In this document: positions 34,853-45,186 of the stretch, piece by piece
Numbering within the stretch: position 1 is the first letter of the stretch
Layout of the letters: each line of letters begins with the position of its first letter
DNA from: a candidate division FCPU426 bacterium
Lineage (GTDB): Bacteria; Oederibacteriota; Muellerivitia; Muellerivitales; Muellerivitaceae
DNA length: 64,000 nucleotides
Direction of reading: 5' to 3'
NCBI GenBank assembly: GCA_963771075.1
Contig: CAVYSE010000011.1
Coordinates: forward strand, 448,001-512,000
Program-made: the position numbers and the translations under genes
Notes under the pieces: generated by a model
Seen by the model: only the letters and a program-made list of their open reading frames with translations
Told to the model about the DNA's origin: nothing
Databases searched by the model: none

Positions 34853-35032
34853 ATGGTTCGTTTCGGGGGACTGACCTCCCAAGAAAAGAAAGTATTGGGG
34901 TTTCTTATTTTTTTAACCCTTCTGGGGGCCGGGGTCCTGGCGGTCCGCGCCCTTTTCGGAGACGAACAGGCCTCAAGCCCTTCCCCAGCCGTGAATATCA
35001 TACCAACCCATGTTGAAAGGAACTCACCATGA
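34853..35032 (+). CDS. Small single-TM protein
   Basis: LTSQEKKVL plus TM; ATGA overlap with the GH2 gene; TATAAT at 34795-34800. Confidence 0.6.
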   Translation: MVRFGGLTSQEKKVLGFLIFLTLLGAGVLAVRALFGDEQASSPSPAVNIIPTHVERNSP

Positions 35033-37167
35033 CCTTGACCTATTCCCTCGACGGCCAATGGCAATTTACCAGGCTCTCCGAGTCCACCTTGGATGAAAGG
35101 TCCATTCCGGTCAAGGCCTTAAAACCCCGGAAAATAAAGGTCCCCTCCAATTGGTACCTGGAAGGGGAGGACTTCGCCGGGGAAGCCCTTTATGAAACCG
35201 CCTTCGAGGTGCACCATTTGGAGCCCGGACAGGCCGCTTTTTTGCGCTTCAATGGGTCGGATTATTTCACCAAGGTGGAGTTGAACGGGAAGCTTTTGGG
35301 GTACCACGAGGGTTATTTCCAAACCTTTGACCTAGTGGCGACCCAGGCTTTGGAAGTGGAAAACCATCTGAGGGTTTGGGTGGAATCGCCCAAGGAAAAC
35401 CGGAAGATTTGGCCCCACCACAAGATCCTGATCAAGGGCATCTTCAACCACCATGACGCCCGGCCGGGTAGCTGGGACGAGGAGAGGGGACAGGACCAAA
35501 ACACGGGGGGATTGTGGAACAGCGTGGAACTTCTGGTCGTGGACCGGGTCTTTTTGAAACAGGTCCGGGTGCACCCGGTGCTCCTGCCCAACGGCCAGGC
35601 GGTCGTGCAGTTCAAGCTCACCCTCCTGAACGTGGCCGAAGCGGACGACTATGACATCGAACTGAAAGTGACAGGGGAGGGTTTCCCGGGTTCCTTCGGG
35701 ATCAAGAAAAACCTGCATTTGGAAAGGGGCCAGACCGAAGCCCATTTGAGCTTGACCCTCAAGAATCCCCGACTCTGGTGGACCTGGGACCAGGGGGAAC
35801 CTTCCCTCTACCGGGCCCACCTGGGGGTGCGCCGTACCAAGACCGGAAAGATCGTCGAGGAACAAAGCGCGCGTTTCGGCGTGCGGGATATCCGTGTCAC
35901 TCCCCAGTGGGAGTTTTTCCTCAATGGCCGCAAGTTTTTCCCCCGTGGAACCAATATCATCCCCACCCAATGGCTTTCGGGCTACCGGGAAAAGGAGGTC
36001 CGGCGGGATATACGCCTCATGAAGGAAGCGAATTTGAACGCGGTTCGGGTGCACGCGCACGTCAACCGCCGTGAATTCTACGACGCTTGCGACGCGGCGG
36101 GGCTATTCGTCTGGCAGGATTTCGCCTTGCAATGGAGCTATGAACCCTCCGACGCCTTCACCCGTAACGCCAGCCGCCAGGTCAAGGACATGGTGCGCCA
36201 GCTTTACAACCACCCTTCCATTTTCGTCTGGTGCTGCCATAACGAGCCTTCCTTCAACCGCCATGAATTGGACCCGGTGCTGGAAAGGGCCGTGAAGGAG
36301 GAGGATTCCAGCCGTTTCGTGGACACCGCCAGCGACTTCCATTTCCATCCTTATCCGGGCTGGTATTGGGACGACTCGGCGGTGAGGGACGTGCCGGGCG
36401 TGTTGGGGCCTGACACCCGGTTTATCTCCGAGTTCGGGGCGCAGGGCCTGCCCTCGGTGGCGGCCCTGAAGAAAATGTTCAAGCCCAGCCAGCTTTGGCC
36501 GCCCGATTGGAAGGAATGGGCTTTCCGTGATTTCCAGTATTTCCAGACCTTCAACGTGGCTAAGATCGACCGGGGCAGAAACTTGGCCGAGTTCGTGGAG
36601 AATAGCCAGCGCCACCAAGCCTGGGTGGTGAAGGAATACATTCAGAGCCTCCGGCTGAGAAAATACAAACCCATGAGCGGCTATTTTCATTTCATGTTCG
36701 CGGATTGCTGGCCGGCCATTACCTGGAGCGTGATGGACTTTTACCGGAAACCCAAAAAAGCCTACGATGCGCTTCGGACCGCCTCCCAGCCCCTGCTTCC
36801 GATCTGGCGGCCCATCGTGACCCAATTCAATCCCGGCGATATGCTCAGTTGGGGAGCGTCCTTGCTGGAAGGGGTCATGCTCATCAACGATTACCCCTAC
36901 GGCTTCAAGGGGCTGAGGGTGGAAGTGAGGGTGGTGGGACCCAAGGAAAAGGTGATCTTCAAGGACTCGGGCATCTGCGACCTGGGGCCGGATGGCATCG
37001 AAAAACCCTTTGAAGCGAACGCCCGGCTGGCCCATATCCAGGGTTTCGCCATCCCGAAGGACGCGAAGCCGGGGGAATACCAGGTCCGCCTAGCCGTGTT
37101 CGACCGAAAGGGTATGAAGATCGCCCATAATGAGACGTCGGTTCAGGTGGTAAAGAAAAAGTATTAA
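35029..37167 (+). CDS. Glycoside hydrolase family 2 (beta-mannosidase-like), no signal peptide
   Basis: F.G.DY, GYF, GTNIIP, N.VRVH, VWQDF, NHPSI..WC.HNEP, ISEFG. Confidence 0.9.
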   Translation: MTLTYSLDGQWQFTRLSESTLDERSIPVKALKPRKIKVPSNWYLEGEDFAGEALYETAFEVHHLEPGQAAFLRFNGSDYFTKVELNGKLLGYHEGYFQTFDLVATQALEVENHLRVWVESPKENRKIWPHHKILIKGIFNHHDARPGSWDEERGQDQNTGGLWNSVELLVVDRVFLKQVRVHPVLLPNGQAVVQFKLTLLNVAEADDYDIELKVTGEGFPGSFGIKKNLHLERGQTEAHLSLTLKNPRLWWTWDQGEPSLYRAHLGVRRTKTGKIVEEQSARFGVRDIRVTPQWEFFLNGRKFFPRGTNIIPTQWLSGYREKEVRRDIRLMKEANLNAVRVHAHVNRREFYDACDAAGLFVWQDFALQWSYEPSDAFTRNASRQVKDMVRQLYNHPSIFVWCCHNEPSFNRHELDPVLERAVKEEDSSRFVDTASDFHFHPYPGWYWDDSAVRDVPGVLGPDTRFISEFGAQGLPSVAALKKMFKPSQLWPPDWKEWAFRDFQYFQTFNVAKIDRGRNLAEFVENSQRHQAWVVKEYIQSLRLRKYKPMSGYFHFMFADCWPAITWSVMDFYRKPKKAYDALRTASQPLLPIWRPIVTQFNPGDMLSWGASLLEGVMLINDYPYGFKGLRVEVRVVGPKEKVIFKDSGICDLGPDGIEKPFEANARLAHIQGFAIPKDAKPGEYQVRLAVFDRKGMKIAHNETSVQVVKKKY

Positions 37168-37182
37168 ACTAAAAAACCATTT

Positions 37183-37260
37183 GCCACGGAGACAGGGAGC
37201 CGCAGAGAAGAAAATTTTGGAAATGAAGTCTTGAACCCCTTGTTCCTGTGCCTCTGGGGT
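37183..37260. repeat. Degenerate 8-mer-periodic inverted repeat
   Basis: gccacggagacagggagccgcagag ... cttgttcctgtgcctctggggt. Confidence 0.6.
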
Positions 37261-37286
37261 GAGATTGTCCCTTGAAAGGAATAACC

Positions 37287-38624
37287 ATGAATCGAAAAAT
37301 CAACTCATGGCTTTTAATCATCGCGCTCCTCGCTGCCGTGGGGGCGGCCCAGGCGACCGGTGTGGAGGTGGTGAAGAACGTGCCGTCCACCTACATGTAT
37401 CCCACTGACGGCTTCCTGCCTTTCAACATCCACCGGGGAACCCAGACCATGCTCACTCTCATGATGCCCGGATGTTCCTTCAACAACCCCCAGGGCGTGG
37501 CCTGCGCGTTGCTCGATTCGGACCATGACCCGAAACAGCCCCAAAACGACGTGGTCATCACCTGCGTGGGGGTCAACTCGGGGGCGGGCGAGATCGTTTA
37601 CAACGTGGGCCTCAAGGAACTCCGGCGTTTCGGCACCCAGGGGTCGGGGGAAAAACAATTCTTGAACCCGACGGGTGTCGCCATCGATTCCAAGGGCGAC
37701 GTGGCCGTGGCGGACACGGGAAATGACCGCATCTGCTTGCTTCACCACGACGGCATGCGCCTGACCTGGGTGAAGGCCGTGGGCAAGAAAGGCCAGGCCC
37801 CGGGCCAGTTTTCCTCCCCTTCCGGCGTTGCCTATGACTCCCAGGGGCACCTTTATATCACCGACACGGGAAACAACCGCATCCAGATGATGAACCATAA
37901 GGGCCACTGTGTGGTTCTCCAAACCCCGGCCCTGGAAGGCCCGACGGGCATCGCCTGCATCGACGCGAAGGAAGCCTGGACCTTCTTTCAACAGGGGCCT
38001 TACGCCGACCGGTTAGCGGTGATCGACCAGGGGGGACAGAGGCTTCGCACCCTTACCCAGGAGGGAGGGCCCCTTTACCGCATCACCGCCGCCGATATGC
38101 CGGACGGTCCGGTTAGCCTATGGGGATGCGCCTTCGATTATTTCGGCAATGTCATCGCCACCGATACCTTGAAAGGCACCCTGCGTAAGTTTGACAAGGA
38201 CCTGCGCTATGTCGCCAGCTTCGGGACCGCCGGGGACGACGATTTCCAGTTCAACGAGCCCCGGGGCATCGCTTTCAACCACCAATTCGGCCAGATCTTG
38301 GTGGCTGAGAAGAACAGCGTCCAATACATGTGGAACGGCACGGACGTCCTCGAGTTGTCCGCGCAAAGGGACGGCGGAACGCTCAAATTTCCATTTAAAT
38401 TGACGGAACGGTCCTTGTTGACCGCGGAAATCCGGGACGAGAAGGGAAAGCCGGTGGCATCGCTGGCGAAGGGCCAGGACATGGAAATGGGGAAACAGGA
38501 ATTGGATTGGACACCCGAGCCGACGGTTCCCAAGGGAAGCTACACCCTTTTCCTGAGGCTGATGGCAACCTATTCCACCCGGGACCGGGTGGCGAAGGAA
38601 ATTGAATTGCCGGTGACTTACTAA
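37287..38624 (+). CDS. Secreted NHL-repeat propeller with C-terminal FlgD-like Ig domain
   Basis: Signal peptide; F..P.GVA.D..G...ADTGN.RI repeats; AEIRDEKG..V..L...G...LDW. Confidence 0.85.
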   Translation: MNRKINSWLLIIALLAAVGAAQATGVEVVKNVPSTYMYPTDGFLPFNIHRGTQTMLTLMMPGCSFNNPQGVACALLDSDHDPKQPQNDVVITCVGVNSGAGEIVYNVGLKELRRFGTQGSGEKQFLNPTGVAIDSKGDVAVADTGNDRICLLHHDGMRLTWVKAVGKKGQAPGQFSSPSGVAYDSQGHLYITDTGNNRIQMMNHKGHCVVLQTPALEGPTGIACIDAKEAWTFFQQGPYADRLAVIDQGGQRLRTLTQEGGPLYRITAADMPDGPVSLWGCAFDYFGNVIATDTLKGTLRKFDKDLRYVASFGTAGDDDFQFNEPRGIAFNHQFGQILVAEKNSVQYMWNGTDVLELSAQRDGGTLKFPFKLTERSLLTAEIRDEKGKPVASLAKGQDMEMGKQELDWTPEPTVPKGSYTLFLRLMATYSTRDRVAKEIELPVTY

Positions 38625-39127
38625 TGGATCGGAAAAACTTGACCCGAAAAACCTGGCTGTTCTTCTTCGGGGCGGCCTGGGTTTTGCTTTTCTCTTCTTG
38701 CGCCCAAAAGAGCGAGCATCCCGACGGGATCACCATCAATTACTACCACGGCCTGGAAGTCTCCGACCGGGTGGCGAACGACCTGATCAAGGACAACGCG
38801 AAGGACCTTTTTTCCATCCTCGACGAGGGTTTTTCCACGAGGTTGAAAACCGCAGATGAGTTGGAGCATGTCCTCCAGGATATGTTCGGCCAGTACGGAC
38901 GGCCCTTGAAGGTCACCTTGAAAGCCTGCGAGACGGGTTACCGGGCCGATGGCCTGGTGGAACGGCCCCGGCGCAGTTATTTTTACACCTGCGGCACCAC
39001 CAAATACCCGCTCGGCAAATATTTCGTCAAGGTGGAAGTGGTGCCCTCCCGCGATTACATGAAATTGGGTGTCACCGGTTTCGGGATCGTTGGTTTTTCC
39101 GGCAGTCCACCCGATTTCCTGAAGTAA
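38624..39127 (+). CDS. Hypothetical lipoprotein
   Basis: Signal peptide with FSSC lipobox; 1-nt stop/start overlap with the upstream gene. Confidence 0.65.
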   Translation: MDRKNLTRKTWLFFFGAAWVLLFSSCAQKSEHPDGITINYYHGLEVSDRVANDLIKDNAKDLFSILDEGFSTRLKTADELEHVLQDMFGQYGRPLKVTLKACETGYRADGLVERPRRSYFYTCGTTKYPLGKYFVKVEVVPSRDYMKLGVTGFGIVGFSGSPPDFLK

Positions 39128-39253
39128 GATAATCGTTCCAACAACGGCAGACCAACAGTCCCCGGAAAACCTTCGAGAAGCAAAGAACCCCTTCTTTATC
39201 TTCGAAGTGATTAACCCATTCCTTGAAGGTTTGAATGTACTGTAAATAAATTG

Positions 39254-39383
39254 TAATCTCTGAAAAAGTAGGCTTTGCCGCCTTTTTCAGGAAGATACTC
39301 AAGGTAACCCCGCGATTTCCTGCGGAAATCTTTGGGATCGAGACCTCTGATTGTCGCTCTTTTAGTGTTTTTCAGAGGTCTCA
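39254..39383. mobile_element. 130-bp MITE-like element, copy 2
   Basis: Colinear with 4204-4333; TIR ctctgaaaaa...tttttcagag. Confidence 0.7.
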
Positions 39384-39440
39384 AATTAAAGATTTTGTTT
39401 GGGGATTTTGTGCCTTGTTGATGGATTTAAGTTTAGCGGT

Positions 39441-40337
39441 TTAATTTTTCCATTCCTCGTAAGCCTGGTGGGCCGCCCCGTGAAAATGAGGATGCCGGGG
39501 CTTCCAACCCAAGCTGAGCGAGCGGGTTGATTTGACTTCTTGGTTCAGGACCAGGGCGTCCGCGAAGGGGCCCATGACCTTGCGGGCGTCGTCCAGGTGC
39601 CAGGATTGGGTGTCGCCGTTCATGCCGGCGGTTTGGCTGATGGTCTTGGCGATCACGGCATAGGGAAGGGGGCTTCCGTCCACCCCATGGAAAATCCCCG
39701 AGGCTTTCTTTTCGACTACGATCCGATACAGGTCGGCCAAGTCGTCCCGGTGGATAAGGGGCCAAATATTATTCCCCTCGCCCACGTAAGTGACCACACC
39801 CTTGGTGGCCGCGTCGTTCCAAAGGCTCGAAAGGATACCGGCTTTTCCCCCGTATACGATTCCAGGCCGGATCACGGCGCAGGCGAAATGTCCCTCGCCA
39901 CCCCTCAGGGCCAGTTGTTCCACTCCAGGCCGCCAGGCCACCATGGGAAAGGCTTTGTCCGTGGGGGCGGTTTCATCCACCGCAACCCCTCCGGTCTTTC
40001 CCAAAACCCAAACTCCCGAGGTGTAAACGAAGGATTGAATGATTCCCTGGGCGGCCATTTCCTTCAGCAAGGTTTCGACAAGGGCCTGGTCCAACCTGGC
40101 CATGTCCGGCCCCATTTCGGCGGCGGTATGGATGACGGCTTCGCACTGTGCCGCTTGCGGGGCCCAGGACTGGGGATCTTTCAGGTCCCCTGGGAGGCCC
40201 TTCGCGCCAAGGGACTGGAGTAGGGAAGCTTTTTCCGGATCGCGGTAAAGGCCGGTTACGGAGTGGCCCGCCCCGATCAGATTTTTTACAACCGCGGAAC
40301 CGATATAGCCTGTGGCGCCTGTGACGAATACTTTCAT
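39441..40337 (-). CDS. NAD-dependent epimerase/dehydratase (atypical SDR)
   Basis: MKVFVTGATGYIG, VIHTA, YTSG.WV.G, IRPG.VYG, IH.DDLA; GGAGG RBS. Confidence 0.9.
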   Translation of the reverse strand: MKVFVTGATGYIGSAVVKNLIGAGHSVTGLYRDPEKASLLQSLGAKGLPGDLKDPQSWAPQAAQCEAVIHTAAEMGPDMARLDQALVETLLKEMAAQGIIQSFVYTSGVWVLGKTGGVAVDETAPTDKAFPMVAWRPGVEQLALRGGEGHFACAVIRPGIVYGGKAGILSSLWNDAATKGVVTYVGEGNNIWPLIHRDDLADLYRIVVEKKASGIFHGVDGSPLPYAVIAKTISQTAGMNGDTQSWHLDDARKVMGPFADALVLNQEVKSTRSLSLGWKPRHPHFHGAAHQAYEEWKN

Positions 40338-40452
40338 GAAAACCTCCCCTTCATTATGATTGTGGCCGTATTGTGGGAACCCGGGGGGTTTAAAGCAAGG
40401 GCGCCTACCCGCGACCATTTATTGGGGAATTCCGCCTAAGGTTGAGGGACTT

Positions 40453-42801
40453 ATGGGACGATATCGTTTTTCCCTTTTGATTATCGCCGTTCTTCTGCTG
40501 GCTTGCCGGTTTTTCCAAGCCCAACGGGAGTGGAAAACATGGGAAAGTCTTTTTCCGGAGCCAGCCCCGGGGGTATGGAGGGCCTGGGTGGCCGAAGAAC
40601 CGGAAGTCCTCTTCAACCATCGGGAAGGACTCCACGACACCGGGCGACTGAATGGGGTTTATGAACCCTATGTCAAGGAAGTCCGGGTGGTTTGTGTCCT
40701 GGTCTCCCGCGACGGAGCCCCCGTTCCTCCCGTGAAAGCTCGTTGCACCCTGCGGCTAAACCCCGAAGACCCGGCTCCCGCCCTGATCTCCTATGGGGAA
40801 ACGGTGGAAATGACCGCGAGCCTCCTGAAGCCGCCGCCCGCGTTGAATCCCGGACAGTTCGATTATGCCCATTACCTGAAAACCAAGGGGGTGCCCTATG
40901 TGATGTATGTCCCTTCCCGCCGTTGGCACGGGATTGAAGGGGTGCCCCGTGCGGGCGGTTTTTTCATGGAGGTTTCCTGCCGGTTGAGACGCTGGGCCCA
41001 GGAAAGGATCTATCATCTCCTGCCTTTTCCCCAAAACGCATTGCTTGACGGCATCCTCCTGGGCGAAAGAGGAGCCTTGCCCGGTGACATGGTGGAAGCC
41101 TTCATGGAAACGGGTACGGTCCATATCCTGGCCGTGTCCGGAATGATCACGGCCTTCCTGGCCGGGATACTCTTCATGTTGTTCCGGGCCAGCCAATTCC
41201 CCAGAAAAGCAGCGGCTTGGGTGACATTGGCGGGGGTCCTTTTCTTTATCGCCTTGACCGGAGCCCATCCGCCGGTATGCCGGGCGGGTCTTTTCGCGAT
41301 CCTGGCCCTATTGGCCGTGCTTTTGGAAAGGCGAGTCCATGGGGGCGCCTTGCTTGCGGCTACCGCCTATGCCTTGACGGTGGCCAACCCTTTCGTCGTG
41401 GAAGACCTCTCCTTCCAAATTTCCTTTTTGGCAACGGCGGGGTTGATGGTGATGGGACGAAGATTCGAGGATAAACTGAAGTTCCTTTGGAAACCCGCGG
41501 CGGGTCTCCTGGCGGCCACGGCCGCGGCGCAAATTTCGGTCTGGGTCCTTTTGATCTACAGTTTCAATCAGTTGTCGCTCTATTCGCTCCTCGCCAATTT
41601 ACTGATCGTGCCCTTGGCGCTTTTTTCCGTGGCGGCGGGATTGGCCGCGCTCGCGGCCTCCTGCCTGTCCCCCTTCTTGGGGAGCCTTTTCGCCGCGGGG
41701 AGTGATGTGGTGTTACGGTTGTTGATCTTACTGGCCCAATGGATCAACCGCTGGCCGGGGGCGAATTTCATCGCGGCCTCCCCTCCGGCTATTTGGGTTT
41801 TGTTTTTCCACGCCCTTCTACTGATCACCTTTACCATCGCCTGGCCCAGGGTGAAACCGGAACTGCCCTCGGAGGAATGGCGCCTGCGCCAGGCCCCCAT
41901 CCGTTGGGGCCGAAAGGCGTTGCCCTGGGCCTGGATCCTTTTTGCCGGGATCACCTTCATGGCATGGTGCGTTGAAAAAATCGAGCCCAAAGGTTTCCGA
42001 ATCGTTTTTTTCTCGGTGGGTCACGCCGACGCGGCGATCCTGGAGACCCCCTCGGGAAAAACCCTCGCCTTGGACGGCGGGTGGTTCAACCAGGGTTTGC
42101 CGCGATATCAAACGACCGCGGCCTATTTAAGGCATCGGGGATTCCGCCGTTTGACGGGAATCCTCAACCTTTCGGCCACCGATGAGGACGCGGGAGGACT
42201 GGCGAATTTGATCGCGGCGCTGCCGGTCTCGGATGCCTACGGCTTACCCGGGGATTATCCGGAAAGTTGGGGATGCCAGGCTTTTTTGGATGCCCTGGAG
42301 GACCAGGGCCTTCCGTTTAAAAACCTGCGGAAGGGGGATTCGATCCCCGGATTGGACGGAGCGGTGTTGAAGGTTTTGTCCTCTCCGCCGCGAAAGACGG
42401 ATTTTAAAACGAAGGATACCAACCATTCCATGGCCCTGCTGGTGACACTACCTGGGTCGGATAGGCCGGTTCAAATATTATTCGCGGGCAATTGTGGGAA
42501 GGAACAAATCGGAGAAATCAAAAAAGATTTTACGGGCCTTCTGCGCTTGGATTGGCTGGTCACCCCTCGGCACGGAGCCCTCAGCGCGGGACAGGACGAA
42601 TGGGCGGAGACGCTTCGGCCTTCCCATGTCTTGGTGAGCGATTCCAAGAACCATCCGGAAGATGAAGTGTTCTACCGATCCGCCAACCCATCGTCAGTTA
42701 TATTAGGTTTGGCTTCGACAGGCTCGGTTGAGGTGGAGGTGGGACCGGGGAAGCAGAGGAGATTTAGAACCTTTCGAGAGGGTATTTGGAGGGCTTTTTA
42801 A
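40453..42801 (+). CDS. comEC: ComEC/Rec2 DNA-uptake channel
   Basis: NPGQFDY OB region, GILLG, GT.HILAVSG, P.VCRA, SFQISF, C-terminal MBL-like domain. Confidence 0.9.
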   Translation: MGRYRFSLLIIAVLLLACRFFQAQREWKTWESLFPEPAPGVWRAWVAEEPEVLFNHREGLHDTGRLNGVYEPYVKEVRVVCVLVSRDGAPVPPVKARCTLRLNPEDPAPALISYGETVEMTASLLKPPPALNPGQFDYAHYLKTKGVPYVMYVPSRRWHGIEGVPRAGGFFMEVSCRLRRWAQERIYHLLPFPQNALLDGILLGERGALPGDMVEAFMETGTVHILAVSGMITAFLAGILFMLFRASQFPRKAAAWVTLAGVLFFIALTGAHPPVCRAGLFAILALLAVLLERRVHGGALLAATAYALTVANPFVVEDLSFQISFLATAGLMVMGRRFEDKLKFLWKPAAGLLAATAAAQISVWVLLIYSFNQLSLYSLLANLLIVPLALFSVAAGLAALAASCLSPFLGSLFAAGSDVVLRLLILLAQWINRWPGANFIAASPPAIWVLFFHALLLITFTIAWPRVKPELPSEEWRLRQAPIRWGRKALPWAWILFAGITFMAWCVEKIEPKGFRIVFFSVGHADAAILETPSGKTLALDGGWFNQGLPRYQTTAAYLRHRGFRRLTGILNLSATDEDAGGLANLIAALPVSDAYGLPGDYPESWGCQAFLDALEDQGLPFKNLRKGDSIPGLDGAVLKVLSSPPRKTDFKTKDTNHSMALLVTLPGSDRPVQILFAGNCGKEQIGEIKKDFTGLLRLDWLVTPRHGALSAGQDEWAETLRPSHVLVSDSKNHPEDEVFYRSANPSSVILGLASTGSVEVEVGPGKQRRFRTFREGIWRAF

Positions 42802-42935
42802 GCGGTTTGGGTAGAAAAAGCCAAAAATAATGCGTTTTTCGTGAAACCTCCATTAAAACATGGTTCTTTTACCCCAATTCAGGATATTCGAGGTATCATA
42901 AAACGTAGAAATGAAGTGTTTTTTGTGGAGGTTTA

Positions 42936-43550
42936 ATGTTTACCTTGTTCCGGGGCGCAAGTCTTAAAATCGCCAAAAATCTCATCAAGGTTACGGGTGT
43001 TCAAGAAGGTTTTCACCTTTTCCTTAAAAAGAACCTTTCCACCATCAACCAGCAAGAATTGTATGTCCGCATGCTGGCGCTGAACGCCACCAATCTTCTT
43101 CAAACCATGAAGGAGGAATTCATCAGCAAAGAAATCGACTCCGAGGACGGCCAGGACATCGTGGACGACTATGTAGTCGAAAATCTCCGCCACCAGGAAT
43201 GGGTGCCGATCAAGGACGGCGCGGACCTGATGGAAAAATGCCAGAATGTCGAGGAGATCGCCCAAAAGTTCCGGATCCATTGGATGGGGGATCAGGAGCA
43301 AAATGGCCCGGAGCCCCGTTATTACTGTGTGATGGATATCCTGAGAAGGTTCGGGAACGAGAGAAACCACGACCTGCAGGATTCCCTTTACGAGTTCATC
43401 ACCTTACAACATAAACATTTCACCCACTATTTCCATACCCTCCTGGCGCCGATAGAGGCCGCCGAAAAGGAAGCGGCACCGGTACCCAAAGCTGTCGCCT
43501 CCAAGAATTTGGAAATAGCAGGCCTGCCTAAGATGGAACAATCCTTTTAA
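42936..43550 (+). CDS. Hypothetical protein
   Basis: GGAGG RBS, host-like codon use, no recognised motif. Confidence 0.65.
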   Translation: MFTLFRGASLKIAKNLIKVTGVQEGFHLFLKKNLSTINQQELYVRMLALNATNLLQTMKEEFISKEIDSEDGQDIVDDYVVENLRHQEWVPIKDGADLMEKCQNVEEIAQKFRIHWMGDQEQNGPEPRYYCVMDILRRFGNERNHDLQDSLYEFITLQHKHFTHYFHTLLAPIEAAEKEAAPVPKAVASKNLEIAGLPKMEQSF

Positions 43551-43685
43551 ATAGTTCGAATCTGTCGGTTGGCCGAGTTAATATCCTCCTAAAATCCAAC
43601 TTGAAACCTGAGATGATCAACCCACTTGAGCTAATCCCCTTTAGAATTAAGCCCGTCTTTTAATTAAACCAAAAAAGGAAGATCA

Positions 43686-45068
43686 ATGACCGAGGTCCCC
43701 CTGAACCTTCCCATGGACGATCATGAACTCCAATTGGTCGATGGGTTCCGGCAGAGCCGGAACACCTCGGTGTTGACCATCATGTTCACCGATATCCAGG
43801 GATTCACCAAACTCACCGAGGAGCGGGGGGACGCCTATTCCAACGAGGTGCGCCGCGCCCATGACTCGCTCCTGGTGCCTGTTATCGAGCGGGACGGCGC
43901 GGGGCGGGTGATCAAACACATCGGCGACGCGGTGATGGCGGTCTTCAGCGAGCCTTCCACGGCCGTGTCCCGCGCCCTGGAGATCCAGGAAGTCCTGCGC
44001 CGCTATAGCGCCCAGCATTCGGACCAGCCTCCGATCCTGGTGCGCATCGGCTTGCACATGGGCCAGGTGACGGTCGAGGACAAGGTCAGCATGGACGTAT
44101 TCGGACGCCACGTGAACCGGGCCTCGCGGGTAGAAGGCTTGGCCGATGGCGGCCACATTTACCTCACTTACACCGTGTTCGATTCGGCCAAGGGCTGGAT
44201 GGCCGGTAAAAGTTCCGAGGCGGCCTGGGTCTCCCATGGGCGATACCGGGTAAAGGGCATCGACGAGCCCCTGGAAATATTCGAAGCTTACCGTCCCGGC
44301 GGGGTGAAGCCCCGAAGGCCCGCGGGCGCCAGGCGGCAAACCCCATGGCCGCCCTTCTCACGCGTCGCCGCACTGGTGTTGGCGGGCGCCCTGGGGATGT
44401 TATTCCTTTTGGGCCTGAAGCCCACCGTGATCTTTGAGGACCTGGGCGTCCGAACGGATACCACCGACGTGATGTTAGACCATAAGACCCGGTTGCAACT
44501 GGAGGGAAACCCCGGCGACCACCTGCGGAAATGCCTCACGAAGATCAAAGCCGGCAACCACCTGATCTATTACGACGTCAGTTACGTCACACGCTATTAT
44601 TCACCCGTCACCGTGAGGAGGGGGAAGAACATCCTCCGCCCTCAATTCGAGTATTTCGGCCTGCCGGGGGTGGAGGGCAATACCAGCTTTGATAAGCACG
44701 GGAAGAACGAGCAGGTTTTCTCCAACGCGACCACCTACGCCACATACGATGACAGCCTGGCCCGTCATGAGCATCAAGCGAACCTCACTCTGGATATGAA
44801 ATCCGCCCAAGGGCCTATGTCACCTCCTGTAAAAGGGGTCAAGAAACACCACACCCTCTATTGGACCCTCGAGTGGAAGGTGGACCTGGACGGCAAAACG
44901 ATTTCTTCGGATAAGACCATCGTCGAACATGACCCGGAGGCTTCTGACTCCACCGAGGTTAAAAAACCCCTCTGGGAGGATTCCCGCCACCGTTATGTGC
45001 TGACCTACATCCTGAACGGCATCTCCGCCCAGGGCGAGATACAGGCCGAGTATGCCGAATATAAATGA
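43686..45068 (+). CDS. Class III adenylate cyclase with TM and C-terminal extracytoplasmic domain
   Basis: FTDIQGFT, KHIGDAVM, RIGLHMG, DVFG..VNRASR; one TM after the cyclase. Confidence 0.9.
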   Translation: MTEVPLNLPMDDHELQLVDGFRQSRNTSVLTIMFTDIQGFTKLTEERGDAYSNEVRRAHDSLLVPVIERDGAGRVIKHIGDAVMAVFSEPSTAVSRALEIQEVLRRYSAQHSDQPPILVRIGLHMGQVTVEDKVSMDVFGRHVNRASRVEGLADGGHIYLTYTVFDSAKGWMAGKSSEAAWVSHGRYRVKGIDEPLEIFEAYRPGGVKPRRPAGARRQTPWPPFSRVAALVLAGALGMLFLLGLKPTVIFEDLGVRTDTTDVMLDHKTRLQLEGNPGDHLRKCLTKIKAGNHLIYYDVSYVTRYYSPVTVRRGKNILRPQFEYFGLPGVEGNTSFDKHGKNEQVFSNATTYATYDDSLARHEHQANLTLDMKSAQGPMSPPVKGVKKHHTLYWTLEWKVDLDGKTISSDKTIVEHDPEASDSTEVKKPLWEDSRHRYVLTYILNGISAQGEIQAEYAEYK

Positions 45069-45186
45069 CCCCTTTCATCGCTGTAGTTGGATCTTTTTTC
45101 GGGACTCGCGCCGCAACCGACACACCTTTTAGGCGGGATGGGAAAGCACTTGGGTGGATGAGGAATGGGTCATTTATAGTCAAAAC

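Noticed and set aside
39072..39302. 76-aa ORF on the minus strand (and 4194-4523)
   Set aside because: Overlaps the MITE-like element and neighbouring genes; no coding evidence
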